A stretch of 63,987 bases of DNA, filler included, from Caldilineae bacterium (GCA_037446815.1; 4 parts of 4 records of this genome joined end to end with filler, not necessarily neighbours in it), one strand, 5' to 3'. Numbered from the whole stretch's first letter, positions 10,243-19,576 are shown. Notes: a model not told the origin generated them from the letters alone. Made by a program: numbers and translations.

Positions 10243-10271
10243 TTGACATCCTAGAATTCCCGTGGTATACT
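10243..10271 (+). promoter_or_regulatory. sigma70 promoter for the GntR gene
   Basis: TTGACA(10243-48)-17 bp-TATACT(10266-71) with extended TG. Confidence 0.8.
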
Positions 10272-10300
10272 ACTTAATGCACAGATTCGGAGGTGGTACC

Positions 10301-11005
10301 ATGGCAGAGTGTCCTCCCATGGCCGACCAGGCCTACACCGTAATCAAGCAGGCTATCCTTTCGTGCGCCCTTGAACCCGGGCAGCAGATCGCCCAGGCCC
10401 AGGTCGCCGAGAAGTACAACCTCGGCCTGACCCCGACACGGGAGGCGCTGAAACGCCTGGAGCAGGAAGGGTTCGTTCAGTCGGTGCCACGCTTCGGGTA
10501 CATTGTCAGCCCACTCACGCTATCCGACCTCCACGAACTCTTTGAGTTGCGACTGATCCTTGAGACCGCAGCGGTGCGCCTGGCGGTGGAGCGCGCCACC
10601 GACGAGCAACTGGCCGAACTCAGCGCACTCGCAAAGTCCCGGTACAGATACGGGGACAGGGCCACTTACAGCGCCTACCTGGCCGACAACGCGCGATTCC
10701 ATACGGCGATCGCACTGGCCGCGGGGAATCGCCGATTGGCCGATGGGGTGGCGCGCGTGCTGGACGAACTCACGCGCGTGTTCCACATGGCGCTGGACCT
10801 TCGCGATAGCGCCGATGAGAAAGTGCGCGATCATGTGAATCTGGTGGATGCCCTAATGGCGCGCGATCTGGAGCGGGCGCTGTACTTTGTTCACGAGGAA
10901 ATCGCCCATTCGCAGAAGCGGGTATTGGAGGCATTGGCGGGCCATTTGGGAAGCAGGATTACTTTGCAGCCTGCGCGCCGGTTGAGCGGCACGCTGGCAA
11001 AATGA
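10301..11005 (+). CDS. GntR-family regulator (FCD domain)
   Basis: GntR HTH (AYTVIKQAIL..LEPG..TPTREALKRLEQEG) and FCD motif NARFH...GNRRL; GGAGGT RBS. Confidence 0.9.
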   Translation: MAECPPMADQAYTVIKQAILSCALEPGQQIAQAQVAEKYNLGLTPTREALKRLEQEGFVQSVPRFGYIVSPLTLSDLHELFELRLILETAAVRLAVERATDEQLAELSALAKSRYRYGDRATYSAYLADNARFHTAIALAAGNRRLADGVARVLDELTRVFHMALDLRDSADEKVRDHVNLVDALMARDLERALYFVHEEIAHSQKRVLEALAGHLGSRITLQPARRLSGTLAK

Positions 11006-11025
11006 TGCCGGATCGCAGAAAACTC

Positions 11026-11054
11026 TTGACAGAATGGGTTTTCAATGTTATAAT
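11026..11054 (+). promoter_or_regulatory. consensus sigma70 promoter
   Basis: TTGACA(11026-31)-17 bp-TATAAT(11049-54) with extended TG. Confidence 0.8.
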
Positions 11055-11146
11055 AGCGTTATAGTACGGTGTTACATCGTCCCCAACCGCGTCATCCCGA
11101 ACGTGCACCTGAGATAGGCACCTGGCTGAGCAGGAGCGGCGGCTTG

Positions 11147-12133
11147 ATGCAATTGCACATAGACCGTGGCATTCCGGTCCCCATCTCGGAACAGATCAAG
11201 GGACAGATTTCATACGCAATCATGTGCGGCATCCTTCGTCCTGGCGACATTCTTCCATCTGTCCGCGATCTCTCCGAGACGCTGGGCGTTTCGCCTATGA
11301 CCGTTGCCCGTGTCTATCGCGAACTGGCTAACGACGACTTGATTGTGGCAAAACCTGGCGCCGGGACGCAGGTGGCCGACATCGCCCGCATCAACGGGCG
11401 CGATAGGCACCAGGTGGCCCAGAAAAGTCTGAGGCAAATCGCGGACATGTACATGCGCCACGCGCTTTCGCTGGGACACCCCATTGCCGAAGTGCGCAGG
11501 GAATTCCTGAGTCGCCTGGAAGCCCACGAGCAGAACGGAGGCATTCGCCAGATCGCACTCGTCGGAAACTTTGACAACGCCACCCGACGATACACGCATG
11601 ACATGGAGAGCATGTTGCATGACCTCGGCGTTCGGGTCGTCCCGCTCGTACTGGGCGATCTTGAACGCGACTTCTCGGGGAGCCTGGAGCGACTGCGCAA
11701 CGTGGCCCTGGTGGTAACTATTCCATCGCGGCTGCAGACCGTGCGGGCGTTGCTGGAGCCGCATGGATACACCGTGGTGGCGGTTGCGTTTCGGCCCCGC
11801 CCTGAAACGCAGCGCAGAATCGCAGCCATTCCTCCGGGGATGCGTATCGGAGTCGTGGCGACATATCCCGAATTCCTGCAGTCCTTGCTGGATGAGGTCT
11901 CTTCGTACTGCCTGGCGCAGCAGCCCCTCCTTCGTGCCACGCTGCACCAGGAGGAGCGGATTCGGGAGATGCTCTCACAGATAGACGTTCTTGTGTACGC
12001 CAGTGGCAGCGATACGATATTGGATTGGCTGCCGCCGAATGTAGAGGCCATAGAGTATCAGTATTGGCCCGACGCCGACTCCGTCAATCGTTTGCGTCCG
12101 TTGATTGCCAAGATGCTACCGGTCACGGCATAA
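11147..12133 (+). CDS. GntR (YtrA-like HTH) regulator with long alpha/beta C-terminal domain
   Basis: PISEQIKGQI...LPSVRDL..LGVSPMTVARVYREL...PGAGTQV. Confidence 0.85.
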   Translation: MQLHIDRGIPVPISEQIKGQISYAIMCGILRPGDILPSVRDLSETLGVSPMTVARVYRELANDDLIVAKPGAGTQVADIARINGRDRHQVAQKSLRQIADMYMRHALSLGHPIAEVRREFLSRLEAHEQNGGIRQIALVGNFDNATRRYTHDMESMLHDLGVRVVPLVLGDLERDFSGSLERLRNVALVVTIPSRLQTVRALLEPHGYTVVAVAFRPRPETQRRIAAIPPGMRIGVVATYPEFLQSLLDEVSSYCLAQQPLLRATLHQEERIREMLSQIDVLVYASGSDTILDWLPPNVEAIEYQYWPDADSVNRLRPLIAKMLPVTA

Positions 12134-12439
12134 GGCAGCGCGGCCCGCCCGAATGGGCGATATCTTCTGACTCCAGGCTGCAATGACGCAGCGCACTACA
12201 ACTGCTAGTCGCACGTCTTCCGCTCAACGCTGAGTGAACCCATTGTACACATCGGAACCGGGGTGTGGCCTTTGGCAAGGTTGCGGTTGATTCTGCGCAA
12301 GCCCGGCGAGGAAGCACACAACCTTGCCCCAGCGAGTTTGGAGGAGGTGAGCAGAAAGAGCGTAAACTGGGAGTTTCCTAGAGTTCGGAAGCAGTAGGAG
12401 GATCGCCGACAAGGACTTTCGCGTAAGGGAGGAAGAGAG

Positions 12440-14107
12440 ATGCGAAAGCGAGTGTTTGCAGCAGTATCTGTGCTGGTACTCTTGTCCATGGTGCTGGGTG
12501 CGTGCGGCCCCGCAGCGACGCCCACACAGCCGCCCGCGCAGCCTACGACCCCGCCGGCCCAGCCCACCACGCCACCGGCGCAGCCTACCACCCCGCCGCC
12601 CACGCAGCCGCCGGCCGAGAAGACCCTGGTCATCGCCATCGGAGCCGATGCCACGTACCTGGACCCCGAGTCGGTCATGAACAACGAGTCGGGCTTTGTG
12701 ATGTCGTGCATCTTTGACGGCCTCACCAAGTACAAGAAGGGCACGTCCGAGCCCGGCCCGGGTCTCGCGGAAAGATGGGATGTTTCTCCGGACGGCAAGG
12801 TGTACACCTTCTACTTGCGCAAAGGCGTCAAGTTCCATGATGGGACACCCTTCAATGCCGACGCCGTCTTGAAGGAATTGGACCGGGTGAAGAATCCGGA
12901 CAACCCTTACTACGTGTACAAGCAGGAAGGTGTGCATAGTTTCGCCGACTTCACGTGGGGCGTCGTGGAGTCCTACGAAAAGGTAGATGACTACACGGTG
13001 AAGATCACCCTCAAGGAGCCCCACGCGCCGTTCCTCGCCAGCATCGCCATGGTATGGTCGGGCATCATGAGCCCCGCCGCGGTTGAGAAGTGGGGATTTG
13101 ATGTGAACTACCATCCGGTGGGCACCGGCCCGTTCAAACTGGTGGAATGGGTGCGCAACGACCATATCACCCTGGAGGCGAACAAGGAGTACTGGGACGG
13201 CGCGCCGAAGGTGGACAAACTCATCTTCCGCGTTGTCCCCGAAAGTTCGGTGCGGCTTCTGAAGTTGGAGCAGGGTGAAGTCCACATCCTGGCCGACGTG
13301 GACCCCGAGGACTACCAGCGCATTCAGAGCAACCCGCAGTTGAAACTGCTGGAGCAGCCCGGACTCACGGTGAACGGCATTGCCCTCATCTGCGACGCGA
13401 AACCGTGGGACGACGTGCGCGTGCGGCAGGCGGTCAACTACGCCGTGAACAAGGAGGAGATGAACAAGTTCCTGTACAAGGACGCGGCCGTTACCGCGGC
13501 CACCGGCATGCCGCCGATCCTGCCGGGGTACCCGAAGGACCTGGAACCCTATCCGTATGACCCGGCGAAGGCCAAGCAACTGCTCGCCGAGGCGGGGTAT
13601 CCCAACGGGTTCAAGTACAAACTCCTGTGCTACGAGAACCCGCGCGGCTACAACCCCGTCGGCATCAAGATGGCCGTCGCAGTCCAAGAATACCTCAAGG
13701 AAGTCGGCATTGAACTGGAACTTGAAACGCTGGAGTGGGGCACGTTCCTGGCGACGCGTCGCCGCGCCGACAACAAGGACCTCGGCATGGTGGGCTGGTC
13801 GGGCGACAATGGCGACCCGGACAACTTCCTTTGGGAGATGTTCAGCAGCGACAACATCCCCGTGGGCAATACGGCTCACTACTCCAATCCGAAACTGGAC
13901 GAGATCCTGCGGAAGGCCCGTGTCGTAACCGACCCGGCGGAGCGCGCCAAACTGTATGAGGAGGCCAGCCGTATCATCCACGATGACGCGCCGTGGCTCT
14001 TCATCAACCACACCAAGCACGTGCGCGCCATCCGCGCCAACGTGGAAGGTTTCGCCCTGAACCCATTGCAGATGTTCTGGTACATGGAAGACGTGGAACT
14101 GAAGTAG
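12440..14107 (+). CDS. peptide/nickel ABC transporter substrate-binding lipoprotein (DppA-like) with Pro/Thr linker
   Basis: lipobox LGAC; PAQPTTP repeats; family-5 motifs PGLAERWDVS.DG..YTFYLRKGVKFHDG and GTGPFK. Confidence 0.92.
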   Translation: MRKRVFAAVSVLVLLSMVLGACGPAATPTQPPAQPTTPPAQPTTPPAQPTTPPPTQPPAEKTLVIAIGADATYLDPESVMNNESGFVMSCIFDGLTKYKKGTSEPGPGLAERWDVSPDGKVYTFYLRKGVKFHDGTPFNADAVLKELDRVKNPDNPYYVYKQEGVHSFADFTWGVVESYEKVDDYTVKITLKEPHAPFLASIAMVWSGIMSPAAVEKWGFDVNYHPVGTGPFKLVEWVRNDHITLEANKEYWDGAPKVDKLIFRVVPESSVRLLKLEQGEVHILADVDPEDYQRIQSNPQLKLLEQPGLTVNGIALICDAKPWDDVRVRQAVNYAVNKEEMNKFLYKDAAVTAATGMPPILPGYPKDLEPYPYDPAKAKQLLAEAGYPNGFKYKLLCYENPRGYNPVGIKMAVAVQEYLKEVGIELELETLEWGTFLATRRRADNKDLGMVGWSGDNGDPDNFLWEMFSSDNIPVGNTAHYSNPKLDEILRKARVVTDPAERAKLYEEASRIIHDDAPWLFINHTKHVRAIRANVEGFALNPLQMFWYMEDVELK

Positions 14108-14120
14108 CGATTCGCACGGT

Positions 14121-14160
14121 AGCGCCTGGGGCCGGTTCCAGGAGGGCCGGCCCCAGGTGC
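14121..14160 (+). other. GC-rich stem-loop after the SBP gene (mRNA stabiliser or attenuator)
   Basis: GCGCCTGGGGCCGG...CCGGCCCCAGGTGC with no U-tract. Confidence 0.55.
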
Positions 14161-14189
14161 TAGCCGAACGCGCGAACAAGAGGTGACGC

Positions 14190-15194
14190 TTGGGCCGTTA
14201 TGTCATCCGAAGAGTCCTGCAAATGATTCCCGTTCTCATCGGTGTCAGCATCTTCGTCTTCGTGGGGATGCACATTGTGCCGGGCGACGTGGCTACGCTA
14301 CTGCTGGGAGACAAGGCAACGCCCGAGTCCTTGGCCCGCCTGCAGCACGAACTGGGCCTTGACCAGCCCGTCTACGTGCAATACTACCGCTTCATCGTCA
14401 AGGCCTTGCACGGGGATTTCGGCGTCTCACTGCGCACGCGCCAACCGGCCTGGCGCGAGGTGTGGTGGGCCCTGCCGATGACGATTGAACTCTCCATCTG
14501 CGCCATCATCGTGGCAGTGCTAGTGGGCATTCCGGTTGGCGTGCTCGCCGCCCTCCGCCAGTACTCGTTCTTTGACTCGTTGTCCATGGTGGCTGTTCTC
14601 GTAGGCGTATCCATGCCCATTTTCTGGACCGGACTCATCTTGCTCATGTTGTTTGGAGGGAGGCTCCACTGGCTGCCGATAGGCGGCATTTTGGACGAGG
14701 GCATCGTATTCCGCCCGATCACGGGCATACACCTGCTGGACACTCTGCTGGTTGGGGATACGCAAGTGTTCAACTCGGCGTTGCGCCATCTCATACTGCC
14801 ATCCATTGCGCTGGGGAGCATCCCCATGGCGACGATCGCCCGCATGACGCGCTCCGCGATGCTGGAAGTGCTCCGCCAGGATTATGTGCGGACGGCGCGG
14901 TCCAAGGGGTTGAGCGAGCGCCTGGTGATCATCCGTCATGCGCTGCGCAATTCGCTCATCCCCGTGGTTACCGTAATCGGCCTCCAACTGGGCCTTCTGC
15001 TGTCGGGAGCGGTTCTCACCGAGACGGTCTTCGCGCTGCCTGGCCTGGGACGCCTCGCCATCACATCGCTCCTGGCCCGGGACTATGCGGTCGTGCAGGC
15101 CGTGGTCATCATATCCGCTCTCATGATTGTGGTCATCAACCTGGCTGTTGACATCCTGTACGCTTACCTGGATCCTCGCATACACTACACGTAA
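14190..15194 (+). CDS. ABC permease (DppB-like)
   Basis: TTG start after GAGGTG; YVRTARSKGL EAA-type loop; YAYLDPRI ending. Confidence 0.92.
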   Translation: MGRYVIRRVLQMIPVLIGVSIFVFVGMHIVPGDVATLLLGDKATPESLARLQHELGLDQPVYVQYYRFIVKALHGDFGVSLRTRQPAWREVWWALPMTIELSICAIIVAVLVGIPVGVLAALRQYSFFDSLSMVAVLVGVSMPIFWTGLILLMLFGGRLHWLPIGGILDEGIVFRPITGIHLLDTLLVGDTQVFNSALRHLILPSIALGSIPMATIARMTRSAMLEVLRQDYVRTARSKGLSERLVIIRHALRNSLIPVVTVIGLQLGLLLSGAVLTETVFALPGLGRLAITSLLARDYAVVQAVVIISALMIVVINLAVDILYAYLDPRIHYT

Positions 15195-15210
15195 GGAAGG
15201 TCCCTGATCC

Positions 15211-16122
15211 ATGGCCAATCAGGTGCAGTTGGACGCCAAAGCGATTGCGCGGTCGCGCATTGCTGCTACCGAGCGCAGGGCCGCCAGCACGCCATCCGTG
15301 TTCCGCCGCTTGCTGCGCAGTAAGTCAGCCATCATCGGTCTGGCGATTATCCTCACCATCACGCTCGTTGCCATATTCGCCGAGCAAATCGCTCCCTATG
15401 ACCCCATCAAGCAGAGTTTCATCCGCCAACTTCGTCCACCTTCGGCCTCATTCCCTCTGGGCACAGATGAGTTCGGCCGCGATATTCTCAGCCGCATCAT
15501 CCACGGGGCCCGTTGGGCGCTCTTGGCGGGTATTCTAGCCGACAGCATCGCGCTGGTGTTGGGCGTCTCGCTGGGGCTCATTGGGGGCTACTACGGGGGC
15601 AAGATAGACGCATTCGTGGTCTGGCTTACCGATGTGATGCTTGCGTTCCCTTACCTCCTCCTGGCGATGATTGTCGTTGCGATATTTGGGCCCGGCATCC
15701 GCAACGCGATGATTGCCGTGGGCATCGTCTACATGCCCCAGTACGCCCGTCTCGTTCGGGGAACTGTACTGTCGCTCAAAGAAAAGGAATTCGTGGAGGC
15801 TGCGCGCGCTATTGGTGCGTCCTCTTTCCGCATCATGTTCCGCCACATTCTGCCGAACTGCGTGGCTCCCATCATCGTGATGGCCACCCTGGCGGTCGGT
15901 TGGGCGATCGTCCAAACGGCGGGGCTTTCGTTTCTGGGCTTGGGAGCCCGCCATCCGATGCCGGAATGGGGCGCGATGCTCGCCGGCGGGCGGAACTACA
16001 TGCTGTCGGCGTGGTGGATTGCTACCTTTCCCGGGCTTGCAATCGTCATCACGGTTATCGGTTTCAACCTGCTGGGCGATGGACTCAGGGATGTCCTAGA
16101 CCCCTACCTGAGGGGACGCTAG
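15211..16122 (+). CDS. ABC permease (DppC-like)
   Basis: LGTDEFGRDILSR, EFVEAARAIGA and GDGLRDVLDP motifs. Confidence 0.92.
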   Translation: MANQVQLDAKAIARSRIAATERRAASTPSVFRRLLRSKSAIIGLAIILTITLVAIFAEQIAPYDPIKQSFIRQLRPPSASFPLGTDEFGRDILSRIIHGARWALLAGILADSIALVLGVSLGLIGGYYGGKIDAFVVWLTDVMLAFPYLLLAMIVVAIFGPGIRNAMIAVGIVYMPQYARLVRGTVLSLKEKEFVEAARAIGASSFRIMFRHILPNCVAPIIVMATLAVGWAIVQTAGLSFLGLGARHPMPEWGAMLAGGRNYMLSAWWIATFPGLAIVITVIGFNLLGDGLRDVLDPYLRGR

Positions 16123-16309
16123 TTTGCGGGGCGTAAGGGCAGGGCGAGAGGCCCTTCCAGGAGATGAGAATCCGCGCCCACGCCCGTTACGGCAGCAAAG
16201 GAAGCCCATGCGAGGATCCTGCCTATGTCTGGGGCGCTGCCCAATCGGATACCGCCCACCACCCAAGGCCCAAGAGATTTCCAAAAACTCACACGAAAAG
16301 GAGACAAGA

Positions 16310-17158
16310 ATGGCTAAGAAGAAGTATCTGCTAGAGCACATGACCTGGCCGGAAGCGCTGGAGGCATTCTCGCGCAAGCCCTGTGTGGTTGTGATCCCCA
16401 TTGGCTCTACGGAGCAGCATGGCCCGCACATGCCGCTGGGTACCGACTTCCTCACCGCGCAGGAATTCGCGCGGCGGCTTGGCGAACGCGCCAACGTGAT
16501 CGTTACGCCGACGCTCCCGATAGGCTACGCCAAGTATCACACCAGTTTCCCCGGCACGCTGTCCGTGAACGAGGACACGCTGGCAAACATGCTCATGGAG
16601 ATTTGCCAGGACCTGGTGAGTTACGGGGCCACGCACATCCTCTTCGTAAACGGCCACGGGGGGAACATGCAGGCCATTCGCCAGTGCGGGGAGATGCTCC
16701 GCACCCTGGGCGTACCGATGGCCGCGGTGGTCTATTGGAAGGTCATCCAGACCGTGAATCCGGAATGGCTGCCCATCGGGCACGGCGACTACGTGGAAAC
16801 GGCCCTCGTTCTGGCGCTGGATGAATCGCTGCCCAACATGAAGATCGCCAAGATCCCGACAAGCAAGAAGTTGAGCGATGCGATCGCGCTGGATACGCCG
16901 CACGACGCGAAGTTCCATGGAGGCTCGGTCTTTGTGAACCTCATCACGGCGGACCTGACCGATAGCGGCGACATGCTGGAACTGGGGCTGTCGGCTGCAA
17001 CTAACTACGACACGCCGCCCACAGCCGCCTCCAAGGAGATGGGAGAGAAGATTTACCAGGGCATTACCGATTACCTGGTGAAGTTCGTTGAGGAGTTTGG
17101 CAAGGTGAAACTCCCGCCCGTTGAGTCGCTTGGCCCGCTTGGAAAGCGCGACGCGTAG
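16310..17158 (+). CDS. creatininase-family cyclic amidohydrolase
   Basis: MTWPE, PIGSTEQHGPHMPLGTD, NGHGGN and HG...ET motifs; AAGGAG RBS. Confidence 0.9.
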   Translation: MAKKKYLLEHMTWPEALEAFSRKPCVVVIPIGSTEQHGPHMPLGTDFLTAQEFARRLGERANVIVTPTLPIGYAKYHTSFPGTLSVNEDTLANMLMEICQDLVSYGATHILFVNGHGGNMQAIRQCGEMLRTLGVPMAAVVYWKVIQTVNPEWLPIGHGDYVETALVLALDESLPNMKIAKIPTSKKLSDAIALDTPHDAKFHGGSVFVNLITADLTDSGDMLELGLSAATNYDTPPTAASKEMGEKIYQGITDYLVKFVEEFGKVKLPPVESLGPLGKRDA

Positions 17159-17190
17159 TTGCGCCATCCGCCGTTGGAAAGGAGATAGGT

Positions 17191-18144
17191 ATGGCATCGG
17201 TGTTGAAGGTAGGGGATTACTCTGCGGCAAAGGGCACAAAGACATCGGGCATCCAAGAGTTGCAGGTTGCCGGGCACACCGTCCAGGTGCCTCTCTTTCT
17301 GGTTCACGGGGCGCAGCCCGGTCCGACGCTGGTCGTAACGGCGGGTGTTCACGGCGCGGAATACGCCAGCATCGCGGCTGCGCTGGAGATTGGTCAGAAC
17401 CTCAAGCCCGAAGCCGTGCACGGCAGCGCGATCGTGGCGCCGGTGGTGAACATGCCGGCATTCCGCGCCCGGTCCATCTACGTTTGCCCGCTGGACGGGA
17501 AGAATCTGAACCGCGTATTCCCCGGTCAGGAAGACGGCTCTGCCTCCGAGCAGTTGGCCTACTGGCTGTTCCGCAATCTTCTGAAGCGAGCCGACTACTA
17601 CGTGGATTTGCACGGCGGCGACTTGATTGAGGCGCTGATTCCGTTCACGATTTACCATGCCTCCGGGAACGCAAGCGTGGATGAGAGGTCCATGGAATTG
17701 GCGCAGGTCTTCGGGATTCCATACGTCGTGCGCAGTGAGACGCAGGGGTCTACCTATTCTGCGGCGGCGCGGGCGGGCATTCCGAGCATGCTGGCAGAAG
17801 CGGGAGGCCAGGGGTTGTGGCCCAAGGAAGCCGTCGCGCTTCTCACCACGGGCGTAGACCGGCTGATGCGACACCTGGGGATGCTGGACGGCCCAAAGCC
17901 CGAACCCGTGCCTACGCAGACGCTGGAGCGGTTCATCTGGCTGCGGAGCGAGCACGACGGATACTACTATCTTGACGTGCAGGTGGGCGACACGGTACGC
18001 CAAGGCCAGCCCCTGGGCCGCATCACCGACTACGAGGGCCGGGTTCTCCAGCATGTGGAAGCGCCCGCCACCGGCCGGATTCTGTTCCTGGTGTCGTCGC
18101 TGGCCATCAACAAGGGGGACCCGTTGCTGGCCGTGGGGGCGTGA
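17191..18144 (+). CDS. succinylglutamate desuccinylase/aspartoacylase-family (M14) deacylase
   Basis: AGVHGAEY, NLNRVFPG, DLHGG and EAGG motifs; C-terminal biotinyl-like domain. Confidence 0.9.
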   Translation: MASVLKVGDYSAAKGTKTSGIQELQVAGHTVQVPLFLVHGAQPGPTLVVTAGVHGAEYASIAAALEIGQNLKPEAVHGSAIVAPVVNMPAFRARSIYVCPLDGKNLNRVFPGQEDGSASEQLAYWLFRNLLKRADYYVDLHGGDLIEALIPFTIYHASGNASVDERSMELAQVFGIPYVVRSETQGSTYSAAARAGIPSMLAEAGGQGLWPKEAVALLTTGVDRLMRHLGMLDGPKPEPVPTQTLERFIWLRSEHDGYYYLDVQVGDTVRQGQPLGRITDYEGRVLQHVEAPATGRILFLVSSLAINKGDPLLAVGA

Positions 18145-18217
18145 GGGGAGGATTGCCCACAGTACCCATTACCACATGCCTGATGCTCACAACAAGGAGA
18201 GTCTACACATGTTGCTA

Positions 18218-19125
18218 TTGAACTTCAGTTTTGAAAGAACCGACTGTGTGGCATCATGAGGACATGAGACCTAAAGGTAGTGCAGAAGCATTGGAAGCGC
18301 GTCGCCGGATTGCTCCTGCAGGGAAAAGGAGTCCGTGAAGTTGCCCGTTTGGTTGGCGCCGCGCCCTCGGCGGTTTCGGGGTGGAAGCGAAGACTGGAAG
18401 AAGGGGGGATGGAGGCTCTGCAAGCGAAACCCCACCCCGGTCGCCCAGCGCGGTTGACGGCCGAGCAGAAACAGGAATTGGAGAGCGTGCTTCCCAAAGG
18501 CGCACGGGCTGCTGGTTTTCGTACGGAGCTGAGGGCGCTGGCCCGGGTGACGCAAGTGAGTGAAGTACAATCCAGGCCACGTCTGGTACATCCTACGGAG
18601 AATGGGGTGGAGTTGCCAGAAGCCAGAGCGGCGAGCTCGCGAGCGCGACGAAAAGGCGATAGCCACGTGGCGCAAGGAGCGTTGGGTAGAAGTGGAAAAG
18701 TCCCGCGCCAACGGCTGGCCCATCGTCTTCATAGACGAGAGCGGCTTCATGCTCCAACCGGTGGTGCGCCGGACCTGGGCGCCAAGGGGAAAGCCCCCCG
18801 TTCACTACAGTTGGGACCGCCACGACCGCCTGTCGGTAATTGCAGGAATCACCGTATCTCCTGTTCGTTGCCGGCCAGGGCTCTGTTTTCGGATCCACAC
18901 TGGGAACATCAACTTTGAGAAAGTGATTGAGTTCATCATTCTTCTGCGCAGGCACTTGGGGCGCAAGTTTATCTTGGTGCTGGACCGCTTGAGCGCTCAT
19001 CGCAAAGCCGTACGGCTGTTGCAAGGGGAACATCCTAACTGGTTTGAGGTGGAATGGCTACCTGCGTATGCGCCTGATCTCAACCCGACGGAACTGGTGT
19101 GGAATCACAGCAAGTACGGTGACTC
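18218..19125 (+). mobile_element. degenerate IS630-family element (frameshifted, 3'-truncated transposase)
   Basis: ATG 18264 (MRPKGSAEALEARRR); HTH EVARLVG..GRPARL; IDESGF, VLD and LPAYAPDLNPTE DDE motifs; frame breaks near 18310 and 18555; begins after TA at 18216-17. Confidence 0.85.
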
Positions 19126-19129
19126 GGCG

Positions 19130-19298
19130 ACCTTCGCTCTATGGCGCACAGCCGCACGGGGCAGCCGCTGTCCTGCGTGGGATTGTCGGCCATGCCGCCG
19201 TCGCAGCCGATCTCTTCGGGCGGGATGCGAAAGCCGAAGCACCGGTGCCAGCCGCCGCTGGGGACTTGCCGGTTGGCAGGCTTCACCTCAATGTTTAC
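19130..19298 (-). pseudogene. fragment of a DUF3795-like Cys-rich protein
   Basis: NIEVKPANRQ..GWHRCFGFRIPPEEIGCDG...CPVRLC resembles DUF3795; both ends missing; abuts the truncated IS630. Confidence 0.45.
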
Positions 19299-19437
19299 CC
19301 TGTCCCCTATGTCCGTAGGCGTTCATCCACGGTTTGGGTTCTTGTTGGTGTCTATTCGTGTGATTGCGGGTGGATTCTCTACCGCTCGCAGTGAATCCGC
19401 TTGTCGGTCCAGCCGGGCAGCGACGGGTGGTGCGCGA

Positions 19438-19537
19438 NNNNNNNNNNNNNNNNNNNNNNNNNNNNNNNNNNNNNNNNNNNNTTAATTAATTAANNNNNNN
19501 NNNNNNNNNNNNNNNNNNNNNNNNNNNNNNNNNNNNN
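19438..19537. other. artificial contig linker
   Basis: N44-TTAATTAATTAA-N44 (stops in all six frames). Confidence 0.98.
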
Positions 19538-19547
19538 GGCAAGTTGC

Positions 19548-19576
19548 TTGACAAAAGGGCAGAGGTGTGGTATATT
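19548..19576 (+). promoter_or_regulatory. sigma70 promoter upstream of the long cytochrome leader
   Basis: TTGACA(19548-53)-17 bp-TATATT(19571-76) with extended TG. Confidence 0.7.

Noticed and set aside
18264..18700. Programmed frameshift in the IS630 transposase
   Set aside because: The breaks lie near 18310 and 18555 with residues missing, not at a slippery A-run, and the gene is truncated. This is decay.
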